Program-made: the position numbers and the translations under genes
NCBI GenBank assembly: GCA_963745035.1
Contig: CAVUVW010000013.1
Location: 1,856,001 to 1,920,000 of the forward strand
DNA: 64,000 nucleotides
Origin: an uncultured delta proteobacterium
GTDB taxonomy: Bacteria; Desulfobacterota; Binatia; UBA9968
Direction of reading: 5' to 3'
In this document: positions 29,419 through 38,865 of the stretch, one piece after another
Layout: each line of letters opens with the position of its first letter
Position numbering within the stretch: the stretch's first letter is position 1
Notes under the pieces: generated by a model
The model's database searches: none
The model's input: the letters and a program-made list of their open reading frames with translations, nothing else
What the model was told of the DNA's origin: nothing

Positions 29419-30975
29419 ATGGCGCAGACCAGAAACGATCTGGAAAAACGGCTCGCCGCCCTCGAGCAGGTGGCGCGCGACGCCGATCCGAAAGCCGCCG
29501 CCAAGCAGCGCGCCGAAGGCAAGCTCACCGCCCGCGAGCGCGTCGAGAAACTGCTTGACCCCGGCACTTTCGTCGAAGAATTCATGCTCGCGGAAACCCA
29601 GTGCAGCGAGTTCGGCATGGCGGAGAAGCGCTTGCCGTCGGACGGCGTGGTCACCGGCTTTGGCAAGATCGACGGCAGGCCCGTTTACGTTTACTCCCAG
29701 GACCGCGCCGTGCTGGCCGGCAGCGTCGGCAGCGCGCACGCGGAGAAAATCGCCTACGTGATCCAGACTGCGCGCAAGCTCGGCGTGCCGGTCATCGGGC
29801 TCAACGACTCGGCGGGCGCGCGCATTCAGGAAGGCTTGTCGGTCACCTCGGCGATCGGCAAAATCTTCTACGAGAACAGCATCGCCTCGGGCTGCATCCC
29901 GCAGATCTCCGCGATCATGGGGCCGTGCATCGGCGTCGGCTCCTATTCGCCGGCGCTCACCGATTTCATTATCCAGGTGCAAAATACCAGCCAGATGTTC
30001 ATCACCGGCCCCGCCGTCATCAAGGAAGTGCTCGGCGAAACCGTGACGATGGAAGAGCTCGGCGGCGCGAAGATCCACTCCGAAGTTTCCGGCGTCACCG
30101 ATCTGGTGGCCAAGGACGACGAAGAATGTCTGGCGCATGATCCGCCGGCTCGTCGGCTTTCTGCCGTCGAGCTTTGAAGCGGCGCCGCCGCGCAAGACGC
30201 CCACCGACGATCCCGGCGCGGTCGCTCGAAACCTTGGAAACAATCGTGCCCGAAGACATGAAGCGCGCCTACAATATCGTTCAAGTCATCAAAGCGATCG
30301 TCGACGACGGCGATTTTTTCGAGTTGAAGGCAAAGTTCGCGCGCAATCTGGTGATCGGCTTTGGCCGGCTCGACGGGTATCCGGTCGGCTTTGTCGCCAA
30401 TCAGCCGATGTTTCTCGCCGGCAGCCTGGACGTCGACGCTTCGGACAAGGCGGCGCGCTTCATCCGTTTTTGCGACGCTTTCAATATTCCGGTCATCACG
30501 CTGATGGACGTGCCCGGTTTTTTCCCGGGCAAACAGCAGGAAGAAAAAGGCATCATCCGCCACGGCGCGAAGATGCTCTACGCCTACGCCGAAGCGACCG
30601 TGCCGAAAATCACCGTGGTGCTGCGCAAAGGCTACGGCGGCGCCAAGCAGGCGCTTTGCACGCGCGAGATGGGCGCCGACCAACTCTTCGTTTGGCCGGG
30701 AGTCGAACTCGCGGTGATGGGCGGCGGCGGCGCGGTGAACGTGCTTTACCGGCGCGAGATCGAGCAGTCCGCCGACCCGGCCAAAACCCGCGCCGAGAAA
30801 ATCGCCGAGTATCAAGATCGCTTCAACGGCCCGTTCGAAGCGCTCTCGAAGCAGTTCGCCCAGGCGGCTATCCGCCCGCGCGAGACGCGCAGGCGCCTCA
30901 TCCAATGTCTGGAAGTTCTCGCGCCACAAAAAAGAAGAGCGGCCGAGAAAGAAACACGGTCTCATGCCGGTGTGA
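29419..30975 (+). CDS. Acyl-CoA carboxyltransferase (MmdA/PccB-like), three single-base insertions
   Basis: KLTARER, DSAGARIQEG, ELGGA..H, KAARF.RFCD, DVPGF, RHGAK; repairing ~30135, ~30215 and ~30920 gives 518 codons ending KKHGLMPV-TGA. Confidence 0.88.
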
Positions 30976-31027
30976 GTGGAAAGCTTCGAAATCAGGAGCT
31001 CAACGGCGGAAAAGGAAATCGAGGGGT

Positions 31028-33658
31028 CTAGATCGACGCGGAGTACTTGCCGCTGGCGCTTTCGACGCAAAGCGATACAAAAAACGTGCTGCCTTTGCCT
31101 TCCTCGCTCTCGACCCAGATGCGCCCGCCGTGGGCTTCGATGATTTTTTTGCAGATCGCGAGACCGAGACCGGTGCCGCTGTGGCTGGAGCTCTGACCGC
31201 TGCTCACCTGGCGGTACTTGTCGAAAATGTGATCGAACTCCTCGTGCGGTATGCCGACGCCGGAATCTTTCACCCACCAGACCACTTCGGCATCGCCCCA
31301 GGCGCGCGCCGTGATCGAGATCTCGCCGCCGCTGGCGGTAAACTTAAAGGCATTGCTGAGCAGATTTTCCAGCACTTGCCCGACGCGCCGAACGTCGAGA
31401 AACAGGTGCGGCAAGTCGTCGCTGACATCGACGCTGAACGCAATCTTTTTCTTGTCGGCTTCCACCAAATGCTCGACGAACCCTTCGTTGAGCAGCGCGC
31501 GCAAATCCACCGGCGCCTTCGTCAGTTGCAACTGACCGGCGTCGATCTTGCTGATGTCGAGAAAATCGCTGACGTGGCCGATTAGGCTTTTGCAGCTCGT
31601 CTGCACTTTCCAGAGCCATTTCTGTTGCAGCTCGTTGATCGGGCCGAACAAGCCGTCGCGGATCGACTCGGTGATCGTAACCACATTGGACAGCGGCGAG
31701 CGTAGATCGTGCGCTACCATAGCGGTAAAATCAGCGAGGGTTTGTTCCGCCCGCTTGCGCTCCTCGATCTCCCGAAGCATCTCCTCGTTGGCCTGTATCG
31801 AGGCGCCATAGAGCCGCGCGTTCTCCACCGCCAGCGCGATCTGCAGCGACATCGCCTCCAAGAAGCGCCGTTCGTCGGCGCCGAAGGAGTGACTTTCGAC
31901 CTTCATGATCGTGATCGCCGCGCGCGGCTGCGCCTCCTGGCGCAGCGGCAGCACCGCCAGGGATCGAATCGCGCCTCTCGCCCCGGTAAATTCCGGCGCG
32001 GCTTTGACGTCTTCGACAAACCACGCGCTCTTGCATTGCCAAAAACACTGCTCGAAGCTCTCGCCAAGCTGCGCCCAGAGGGCCTCGATTTCTCCCAGTG
32101 GGCGAGATTTGGCGGCAAGACCGTAAAAACCGCGGCCGCCGATCGGTTGAGAAAAGTGCAGCGACGCGAAGTCGAACCCGATCGCCGAGATCAGCCGATT
32201 GAGACCACGTTCGATGACTTGCTCCACGGAGAGAGTCTCGGCGATCTCCTGGGAGACGAGGTTCAGCGCCTCCAATTGATCGGTGTAGGCAAGCAATTGT
32301 TCCTCGCCCTTGCGCAGGAGCGTGATGTCGCGCGTGATCGTGGCCGCGCCGACCACCTTGCGGTGCACGTCGCGGATCGGCGAAAGCGTAGCGGAGACGT
32401 CGAAGACTTGCCCGTCCTTGCGCTTCCGCTTGCTCTCGTAGCGATTGATGCCGCGGCCCTGTTTGACGACCCCGAGCAGCTCGGAAACTTCGTCGTGGTG
32501 GTTGGTAGGAATCAGCCGGAAAATGGAGCTGCCCACGATTTCTGGCGCGGAGAAACCGTAAGTAGTTTCAGCGCCGTCGTTCCAGGACGTCACAATCCCA
32601 TCCAGGGTCATGCCGATAATCGCATCTTCCGACGACTCGACGATCGCCGCCAAACACGCCCTTTCTTCTTCCGCGTGGACTCGAACCTTCACGTAGCCGA
32701 CGACAAACTTGCTGCCCACCAGCCAGGCGACCGCACCGGCGCCCAGCGACATCAGCACGATCCACGTTAGATTGTGCGCCAAGGCGCGATTCACAGGACC
32801 AAAAGCGGCCGCTTTGGGAATGCCCACCATCACGTACATTTGGCCGGCGCCCGGACCTGGCGCAAGCGGCTTGAGGGCGTACATGCGCTCAACTCCGTCC
32901 AAACCGACCAGGTGGGGATTCGCCTGACTGCGCAGCCGGAGCATTTCAAACATCGGCGCGTCGGGAATATGCTTGCCCACCCACTTTTCGGGATCGGGAA
33001 ATCTCGCGAGCAGAGTACCCCGGGCGTCGACCACCGACAGCCCCACCTCGTCCGGCAAATGACTCTCCGCCGCGAGTTGATTGATCCAGGCAACATCGAG
33101 GGCCGCATAAACGACCGCGCCAATGCCGCCGTCGGGGGAAAATATCGGCAAGGCGAACCCGACGCTCTTGCGGTCGCGCGCGCCGCGGAGCGCATAGTTA
33201 CCGATGGCGAACCCTTTCGCCGCCAACGCGTGTTGAAAGTGACTCGTCCGCGCGATGCTCGTGCCCACTTTGTTTTCATTTGCGGCGCAGCGCACCACGC
33301 CGTCCGCGCCGGCGACACCGAGATCGACGTAGATATCGTTGTGCCCGGCAAAGCGCCGCAACAACTTGCCGCAGGTCGCGGTTTCGGAGCTCATGACTTC
33401 CGGCGTGTCGGCGAGCAGAGTCAATAATTGCCTGGCGGAATCGATGAAGCGGGCTTCGCGGGCCGCGACGTTTTCGGCGATTTGCCAGGCCTTCTCCTGC
33501 GCTTCGGCGATCCCCACACCGCTCGCCAACTTCGCCTGATAGAAAATCAATCCGACGATGGGCAGCACTGCGATCAATAAGATAATCAGCAGCCGTTGGC
33601 GCAGATTGCGAAGGAAAGGTTCCGTCGCGAGCAGGATAATGCGGTCAAGCTTTCCCAT
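31028..33658 (-). CDS. Membrane sensor histidine kinase (Cache-PAS-GAF-HisKA-HATPase)
   Basis: Two TM segments around a Cache-like domain, SSEDAII PAS, IALAVENARLY GAF end, AHDLRSPL, NA.KFT, DSG.GI, GTGLGL. Confidence 0.92.
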   Translation of the reverse strand: MGKLDRIILLATEPFLRNLRQRLLIILLIAVLPIVGLIFYQAKLASGVGIAEAQEKAWQIAENVAAREARFIDSARQLLTLLADTPEVMSSETATCGKLLRRFAGHNDIYVDLGVAGADGVVRCAANENKVGTSIARTSHFQHALAAKGFAIGNYALRGARDRKSVGFALPIFSPDGGIGAVVYAALDVAWINQLAAESHLPDEVGLSVVDARGTLLARFPDPEKWVGKHIPDAPMFEMLRLRSQANPHLVGLDGVERMYALKPLAPGPGAGQMYVMVGIPKAAAFGPVNRALAHNLTWIVLMSLGAGAVAWLVGSKFVVGYVKVRVHAEEERACLAAIVESSEDAIIGMTLDGIVTSWNDGAETTYGFSAPEIVGSSIFRLIPTNHHDEVSELLGVVKQGRGINRYESKRKRKDGQVFDVSATLSPIRDVHRKVVGAATITRDITLLRKGEEQLLAYTDQLEALNLVSQEIAETLSVEQVIERGLNRLISAIGFDFASLHFSQPIGGRGFYGLAAKSRPLGEIEALWAQLGESFEQCFWQCKSAWFVEDVKAAPEFTGARGAIRSLAVLPLRQEAQPRAAITIMKVESHSFGADERRFLEAMSLQIALAVENARLYGASIQANEEMLREIEERKRAEQTLADFTAMVAHDLRSPLSNVVTITESIRDGLFGPINELQQKWLWKVQTSCKSLIGHVSDFLDISKIDAGQLQLTKAPVDLRALLNEGFVEHLVEADKKKIAFSVDVSDDLPHLFLDVRRVGQVLENLLSNAFKFTASGGEISITARAWGDAEVVWWVKDSGVGIPHEEFDHIFDKYRQVSSGQSSSHSGTGLGLAICKKIIEAHGGRIWVESEEGKGSTFFVSLCVESASGKYSASI

Positions 33659-33834
33659 GGTTGCGTTCGAGATCGAACCGTTGCGGACTTGCGAACCGGG
33701 TGCGCGGAGCTACGGACGTCGCCCCGGTCTTATCGCTAAGCCGGCCGCGGCACGCGGCCGATCGGCGGGATTGCTCACGGAGCGCTTGGTCGCTCTTCGA
33801 GAACCTTCCGCGAGGCGATGATTCCGGAGCCCAA

Positions 33835-34056
33835 TCAGAAACCGGCGTTTCCTTTGTCCGAGGTAACGGAAGAATCTTCCCGCCCCTCGATCCAGCGCGT
33901 AAGCTGGCTCTCGCGCACGCGCCATTGCCCACCGACTTTGAACGCCGGCAGATCCTTGCGCCGGATCATGCGTTGTAAAGTCCGCGTAGAAACGTTTAGC
34001 AACTCCGCCGCCTCGAGCAGAGTCAACAGACGAAGACCATCCAAACTGGCGCTCAT
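33835..34056 (-). CDS. Stand-alone excisionase-family (HTH_17) DNA-binding protein
   Basis: LT..EAA..L.VS..T..R......LPA.KVG.QWR; GAGGAG RBS. Confidence 0.88.
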   Translation of the reverse strand: MSASLDGLRLLTLLEAAELLNVSTRTLQRMIRRKDLPAFKVGGQWRVRESQLTRWIEGREDSSVTSDKGNAGF

Positions 34057-34080
34057 GCAAAAACTCCTCGGGAAGCTGGG

Positions 34081-34097
34081 AGCAATGCGAATGCCAT
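34081..34097 (-). promoter_or_regulatory. Sigma-54 (-24/-12) promoter
   Basis: Minus strand TGGCATTCGCATTGCT = GG-N10-GC, about 25 nt before the HTH start. Confidence 0.7.
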
Positions 34098-34275
34098 AGC
34101 CTTGATCAATTAAGCCGTTGTTTTCGTTGGCAGATTCCGCTGAGGGTCGCCGAGGGGGGTACAGAATTGGACAAACAATGACGGCGCAGAGCGGCGGCTG
34201 GTTGGCGCAGCGGATTCAATCCCGGGAAGCGCCGGGGCCGTGGAGCGCGCTGTGGCTGGTCAACCGGCGGTGGAT

Positions 34276-36207
34276 CTATTGCCGATAGAGAACTTCGCCG
34301 GCCCTGCGGCAATCATAGCCGCCGAGTTCGGCGACCACTCGTTTCAAACCCTCCGAGCCGATGACTTTCATCAGTTTCTCGCCGCGTTGCGACTCGTAAA
34401 ACGAACGCGCCACTACCAGATCGTACTCCTCGCTCGCAACGGGAATGAAGTCGAGATCCAGCGCCGTCGCCGCCGCCCGCACCCCGAGGCCGGCGTCGGC
34501 AAGGCCGCTGGCCACGGCGACGCCCACCGCCATGTGGGTAAATTCCTCGCGCTCGTAGCCGGCGACGGCGGCAGGAGCGATGTGAAGCTTTTTCAGCTCG
34601 TGGTCGAGCAGCACACGCGTGCCCGAGCCCGACTGGCGGTTGACGAAGCGAATCTCCGGTCGGGCGAGGTCCTTGAGGCTGGTAATCGATTTTGGATTGC
34701 CGCGCGCGACCAGTATGCCCTGCTCGCGCTCGGCCAGATGAACCAAGACCAGCGGGACCTTGGGGATGATTTTCTTTATATCGGGAATATTGTAAACGCC
34801 GCTCTCCGTATCGAGCAGATGGGTTCCGCCGATGTGGGTTTCGCCGCGCTCGAGTGCGAGCAAACCGCCGAGACTGCCGACATTCGTCGCGGCGATCTTG
34901 AGCTCCGGATGGCTTAGTTTTAGCTGATCTTCGAGCACGCCGATGGCGAGATCGTGACTGCCGGTGCAAAGAATTGTGTTCTCGACGTCTTCCACGGGTC
35001 GAAGCAGCTCGACTTCAGCTTCCTCGCCGGCATTGAGCCCTTCGACCAGACTTGGAATACGCAGCAAACCATCCGCATGGACCATCGTCGTGATCACGCC
35101 GGCGCCGCGCGCGAGCGGCACAGCGACGAGCTTCTCACCGACCCGGCCCAAGGTCACACGCAGAAATTCTTCCAGCCCGAGATGCGAAGCGATCTTCTTC
35201 GGCACGATCGCGCGCACGTTGCCCTGCACGGGCGCAGCAGACCCGAGAAACTTCTCCAACGCAGGGCGTAAGATTTCGCGCGCGATCACGATGGCTGAGA
35301 CCGGATAGCCCGGCACGCCAAGCACCGGCTTTCCTGAGATCCGACCCAACACCGCGGGTTTTCCGGGCATCACGTCGATGCCGTGCGCAATCAATTCTCC
35401 GCACCCGCCGACGACATCGGCGGTAAGATCATGCTCGCCTGCCGAGGATCCGGCGATGATCGTCACCAGATCGCACTCCCTGGCCGCTCTCTCGACGGCG
35501 TTGCGGAGCGCGGTCAAATCGTCGCGCGCGCGCGGATATTTTACCGGCGCTCCGCCCCACTCGCGGACAAATGCGGCAAGCACTGTGGAATTGAAATCGA
35601 TCACGGCGCCGGGCTTGGCTTCCTCTCCCGGCTGGATCAATTCATCCCCGGTCGGAATGATGCCCACTTTAGGACGCGCCTTTACCCCGATACTCGTGTG
35701 GCCGGCCGCCAGCAGAGCCCCAAGATCGTAAGGGCGTAGCCGATGGGAGCGCGGCAAGAGCAATTCCGTGGCGACCACGTCCTCGCCCACCAGACGGACG
35801 TGGTTCCACGGCGCCACCGACTCGAAGATTTCCACCGTGCGCTCGTCGATCTGATGGACCTTTTCGATCATGATCACCGCATTGGCCCACGACGGCAAAG
35901 CATTGCCGGTATCGACATAACTGAACGCGGCGGCATCAGGCGAATCCGCGCGCGCCAGCGTCAGCTTCTTTCCAATAAATTCCGTGGCGCCGAAAGTGTC
36001 CTCCGCGCGCACGCAAATCCCGTCCATCGCAGAAGCGTGATAATGCGGCGAAGAAATCTTTGCGAAGACCGGTTCCGCGGTGATCCGATCAAGTCCGTCG
36101 TCGACCGAAATATTCTCCGCGGTGAGACACGCTGGATCGACGGTCGCGAGAAACATCTCGCGAGCTTCGGTCAGTGGCGTTTTTTTGAGGTAGCGTTTTC
36201 GTGCCAT
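34276..36207 (-). CDS. moeA: MoeA fused to a PBP-like molybdate/tungstate-binding domain
   Basis: SAMDG, TGDEL, GSSAG..D, PGKP, PGYP, then GSHD, GS.GGL, NRQ.GSGTR, E.YD. Confidence 0.92.
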   Translation of the reverse strand: MARKRYLKKTPLTEAREMFLATVDPACLTAENISVDDGLDRITAEPVFAKISSPHYHASAMDGICVRAEDTFGATEFIGKKLTLARADSPDAAAFSYVDTGNALPSWANAVIMIEKVHQIDERTVEIFESVAPWNHVRLVGEDVVATELLLPRSHRLRPYDLGALLAAGHTSIGVKARPKVGIIPTGDELIQPGEEAKPGAVIDFNSTVLAAFVREWGGAPVKYPRARDDLTALRNAVERAARECDLVTIIAGSSAGEHDLTADVVGGCGELIAHGIDVMPGKPAVLGRISGKPVLGVPGYPVSAIVIAREILRPALEKFLGSAAPVQGNVRAIVPKKIASHLGLEEFLRVTLGRVGEKLVAVPLARGAGVITTMVHADGLLRIPSLVEGLNAGEEAEVELLRPVEDVENTILCTGSHDLAIGVLEDQLKLSHPELKIAATNVGSLGGLLALERGETHIGGTHLLDTESGVYNIPDIKKIIPKVPLVLVHLAEREQGILVARGNPKSITSLKDLARPEIRFVNRQSGSGTRVLLDHELKKLHIAPAAVAGYEREEFTHMAVGVAVASGLADAGLGVRAAATALDLDFIPVASEEYDLVVARSFYESQRGEKLMKVIGSEGLKRVVAELGGYDCRRAGEVLYRQ

Positions 36208-36214
36208 GAATCAA

Positions 36215-36290
36215 GAGTTTCGATTTTTGGTTTCTCGCTTCGAGTTTTCGGTCTGCCAACCAGAAACTAGAAACGAGGAACTAGAAACTA
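36215..36290. repeat. Tandem-inverted 7-mer repeat (TTTCTnG)n / (CnAGAAA)n
   Basis: tttttgg tttctcg cttcgag ttttcgg ... ccagaaa ctagaaa cgaggaa ctagaaa cta. Confidence 0.7.
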
Positions 36291-37526
36291 AAAAAGAATT
36301 ACTTCTACTTCCTCTCCTTGCTCCAACCCATCCTGATTCATGTCGATCCGAATCATGCCGTCGGCCTTCACCAGAGTGAAGATCGCGCCGGATTTGCTCG
36401 GTAACGGCGTCGCGGTCAATTCACCCGTTTCACCGTCGAGCGTCACACGGACGTAATCTTCGCGGCCGATTTGCGAGGCGACGTTGGTTTTCAACTTCGC
36501 CTTGATGGTGCGCGCAAAGCGCCCGAGTGCCGCCATACTCTCGCCGCCGAGACGGCGAATCATCGGCGCCGCGAACAGATCAAAGATGACCAGAGCCGAC
36601 ACCGGATAGCCCGGCAGGCCGAGAATTGGTTTGCCGCAAGCCCGGGCAAAAATCGTCGGCTTGCCCGGCGCGATGGAAATACCGTGAAAGACAAACTCCG
36701 AATCCGGAAACGACAAGATCGTTTCGAGCGCGATATCCTTTGCGCCCATGGAGCTGCCGCCTGACAACAGCACCAGATCGGCCCACTCGAGCGCTTCGCC
36801 GATCGCATGTTTGAGCGCGCTGCGATCGTCGCGCACCACGCCCCAGTCCTTCAATTCACCGCCGCACTCTTCGATGAGACCGGCCAGTGAATGCTGGTTG
36901 ATGTTACGCACCTGCCCCGGCAATGGCACCATGTCTGCATCGACGATCTCATCACCGGTCGAGATCAACGCCACGCGGGGCTTTTGGTAAACAGCGATCG
37001 AAGATATGCCGACCCCGGTAAGCGCGCCGAGATCGTGCGCGCGCAAACGCCTGCCGCGCTGGAAGACCAACTCGCCTTTCTTGATGTCGTCGCCGATCTG
37101 AATGACGTTTTGCCATGGCGACACGGCGCGATGAATTTCAACCAGACCGGCGCCGGTTTCGTCGGTGTGCTCGACCATCACGACCGCGTCGCTCTCGGGC
37201 GGCATCATGCCGCCGGTTGAGATACGCATCGCTTCGCCCTTCGCTAGCAACTGCGCCGCCTCTTTGCCCATCTCCACCACACCTGCAAGCTTTAAATAAG
37301 CCGGCAGGCTCTGGCTCGCACCGAAGGTATCTTTTGCCTTCACCGCATAGCCGTCCATCGCCGCGCGATGAAAATGCGGCAGATCGACTGCCGAATAGAG
37401 ATCTTCCGCCAAAACACGCGCACGCCCCGCAACCGACGCAATGGATTCCGCATCGACTGGTTCGACCGCCAGCAGCAATCGGAGCGCGTCCTGGGGCGCC
37501 AGGACTTTAAAAAATGTCTGCGCCAC
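36288..37526 (-). CDS. moeA: Molybdopterin molybdo/tungsto-transferase MoeA
   Basis: RAAMDGYAV, STGG, STGDE, SGGSS.G..D, PGKPT, LPGYP. Confidence 0.93.
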   Translation of the reverse strand: MAQTFFKVLAPQDALRLLLAVEPVDAESIASVAGRARVLAEDLYSAVDLPHFHRAAMDGYAVKAKDTFGASQSLPAYLKLAGVVEMGKEAAQLLAKGEAMRISTGGMMPPESDAVVMVEHTDETGAGLVEIHRAVSPWQNVIQIGDDIKKGELVFQRGRRLRAHDLGALTGVGISSIAVYQKPRVALISTGDEIVDADMVPLPGQVRNINQHSLAGLIEECGGELKDWGVVRDDRSALKHAIGEALEWADLVLLSGGSSMGAKDIALETILSFPDSEFVFHGISIAPGKPTIFARACGKPILGLPGYPVSALVIFDLFAAPMIRRLGGESMAALGRFARTIKAKLKTNVASQIGREDYVRVTLDGETGELTATPLPSKSGAIFTLVKADGMIRIDMNQDGLEQGEEVEVILF

Positions 37527-37717
37527 GTTGAGCGAATCATAGGCAGAACCATTGGTGGAATCAATCCGAAAGCTCCCAGCTAACCTTGACAGTGCTGCGG
37601 CTTAGGCAGAAAATCACGCCCGCAAACCGGTCATGCTGGACCCGCGTGCGCGCCGGCTTAAGAACCGATTGCGCTGTGCGCGATCGGCGTAAAATCTTCA
37701 ACGATGAAAGGACACCC

Positions 37718-38665
37718 ATGAGCCGAGCCGTGAACCTCTCCATCGCCGCAACTTCCAAACGAGTCGACATCGCCAACATCGTCGCCCTAACGTTTTTCAA
37801 CAACGTGGAATTGCCGCGCCAATCCCAGCTCGATGTCGCCATGGGCTGGCGCGACTCCGCCCTGGGCGGCACTGGACCCGCGCTGCTGGTCGGCAAGAAG
37901 AAATACGATTTTGGCTTCGGCAACCCAGTCGGTCTGTCGGCCATGGCCTATCTCGGCCGCGGCTTTTACAAAGAGAAGATTCCTTTGCGCGCCATCGGTG
38001 TCTTCCCGACCTGGGATCGGCTGATCTTCGCCGTGCGCAAAGACTCCGGCATCCATTCCCTGGAAGACGTGAGGCGGCGACAATATCCTCTGCGTATCTC
38101 GACCCGCCGTCGCGGCAAGCTGCAGACGACCGTTTATGCAATCGAAGAAGTGCTCAAAGCCTATGGCATGAGCTTCAAGCAAATCGAACGCTGGGGCGGG
38201 AAAGTGATGGAAGCGGCGTCGCCGAGCAGCAGCGAGCGCAAGGATCATATTCAGACCGGCAAGGCGGACGCGGTGTTCGACGAAGGCGTCAAGAGCTGGG
38301 GAAATACGGCGCTCGACGCCGGCATGCGCTTCCTGCCGATCCATGACGCGGCCGCGCGCCACATGAACAAACTCGGCTTTCCCAGCGCGATGCTGACGCG
38401 GCAACACTATCCAAACTTGGATCGGGATATCCGCTGCGTCGATTTTAGCGGCTGGACCTTTTTCTGCCATGCCGACTTGCCGGCGGCAATCGCTTACGGT
38501 ATGGCCAAGGCCGTCGATCTTTGTCACGAAAAAATTCCGGTGGACCACTTCGACAAGCGCCCCATGACCATGCTCGAGTTCAGCCGGGGCGGCGAGGCCG
38601 GCCAATTGAATATACCGCTCCATCCAGGCGCAAAAAAATATTACAAAGAAATGGGATATGTTTAG
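37718..38665 (+). CDS. TAXI-family solute-binding-fold protein without obvious signal peptide
   Basis: LRAI, DSGI.SLED, C-terminal IPLHPGAKKYYKEMG. Confidence 0.8.
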   Translation: MSRAVNLSIAATSKRVDIANIVALTFFNNVELPRQSQLDVAMGWRDSALGGTGPALLVGKKKYDFGFGNPVGLSAMAYLGRGFYKEKIPLRAIGVFPTWDRLIFAVRKDSGIHSLEDVRRRQYPLRISTRRRGKLQTTVYAIEEVLKAYGMSFKQIERWGGKVMEAASPSSSERKDHIQTGKADAVFDEGVKSWGNTALDAGMRFLPIHDAAARHMNKLGFPSAMLTRQHYPNLDRDIRCVDFSGWTFFCHADLPAAIAYGMAKAVDLCHEKIPVDHFDKRPMTMLEFSRGGEAGQLNIPLHPGAKKYYKEMGYV

Positions 38666-38721
38666 GAAAGCGCATGTGCAGTGCGAGGCAGATCTTCAGG
38701 TGAGTTGAATGAGACCGTGCA

Positions 38722-38835
38722 GTTCAAAGCCGTTCAAGACGTTCAAGTCGTCTCCCCTCTTTCATCCTCCCCCACACCGAGGTGGGGGCTTGAACGGAGC
38801 GCAAGCGATTGAACGTTTTGAACGGCTTGAACGAG
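38722..38835. repeat. Tandem-inverted 9-mer repeat (GTTCAAnnn)/(TTGAACnnn), with nested CCCCCAC/GTGGGGG hairpin
   Basis: gttcaaagcc gttcaagac gttcaagtc ... ttgaacgga ... ttgaacgtt ttgaacggc ttgaacgag. Confidence 0.85.
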
Positions 38836-38865
38836 ATCCCCTCTTACCTTTGAAAGGAATAGTTG

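Noticed and set aside
28786-31585. Long antisense and alternate-frame ORFs of 400-480 aa
   Set aside because: Shadows of real genes in high-GC DNA, with no motifs beyond the short frameshifted pieces.
37527-37717. Moco/Wco riboswitch upstream of moeA
   Set aside because: Only a CCTAAG fragment matches; I could not build the conserved multi-stem fold.
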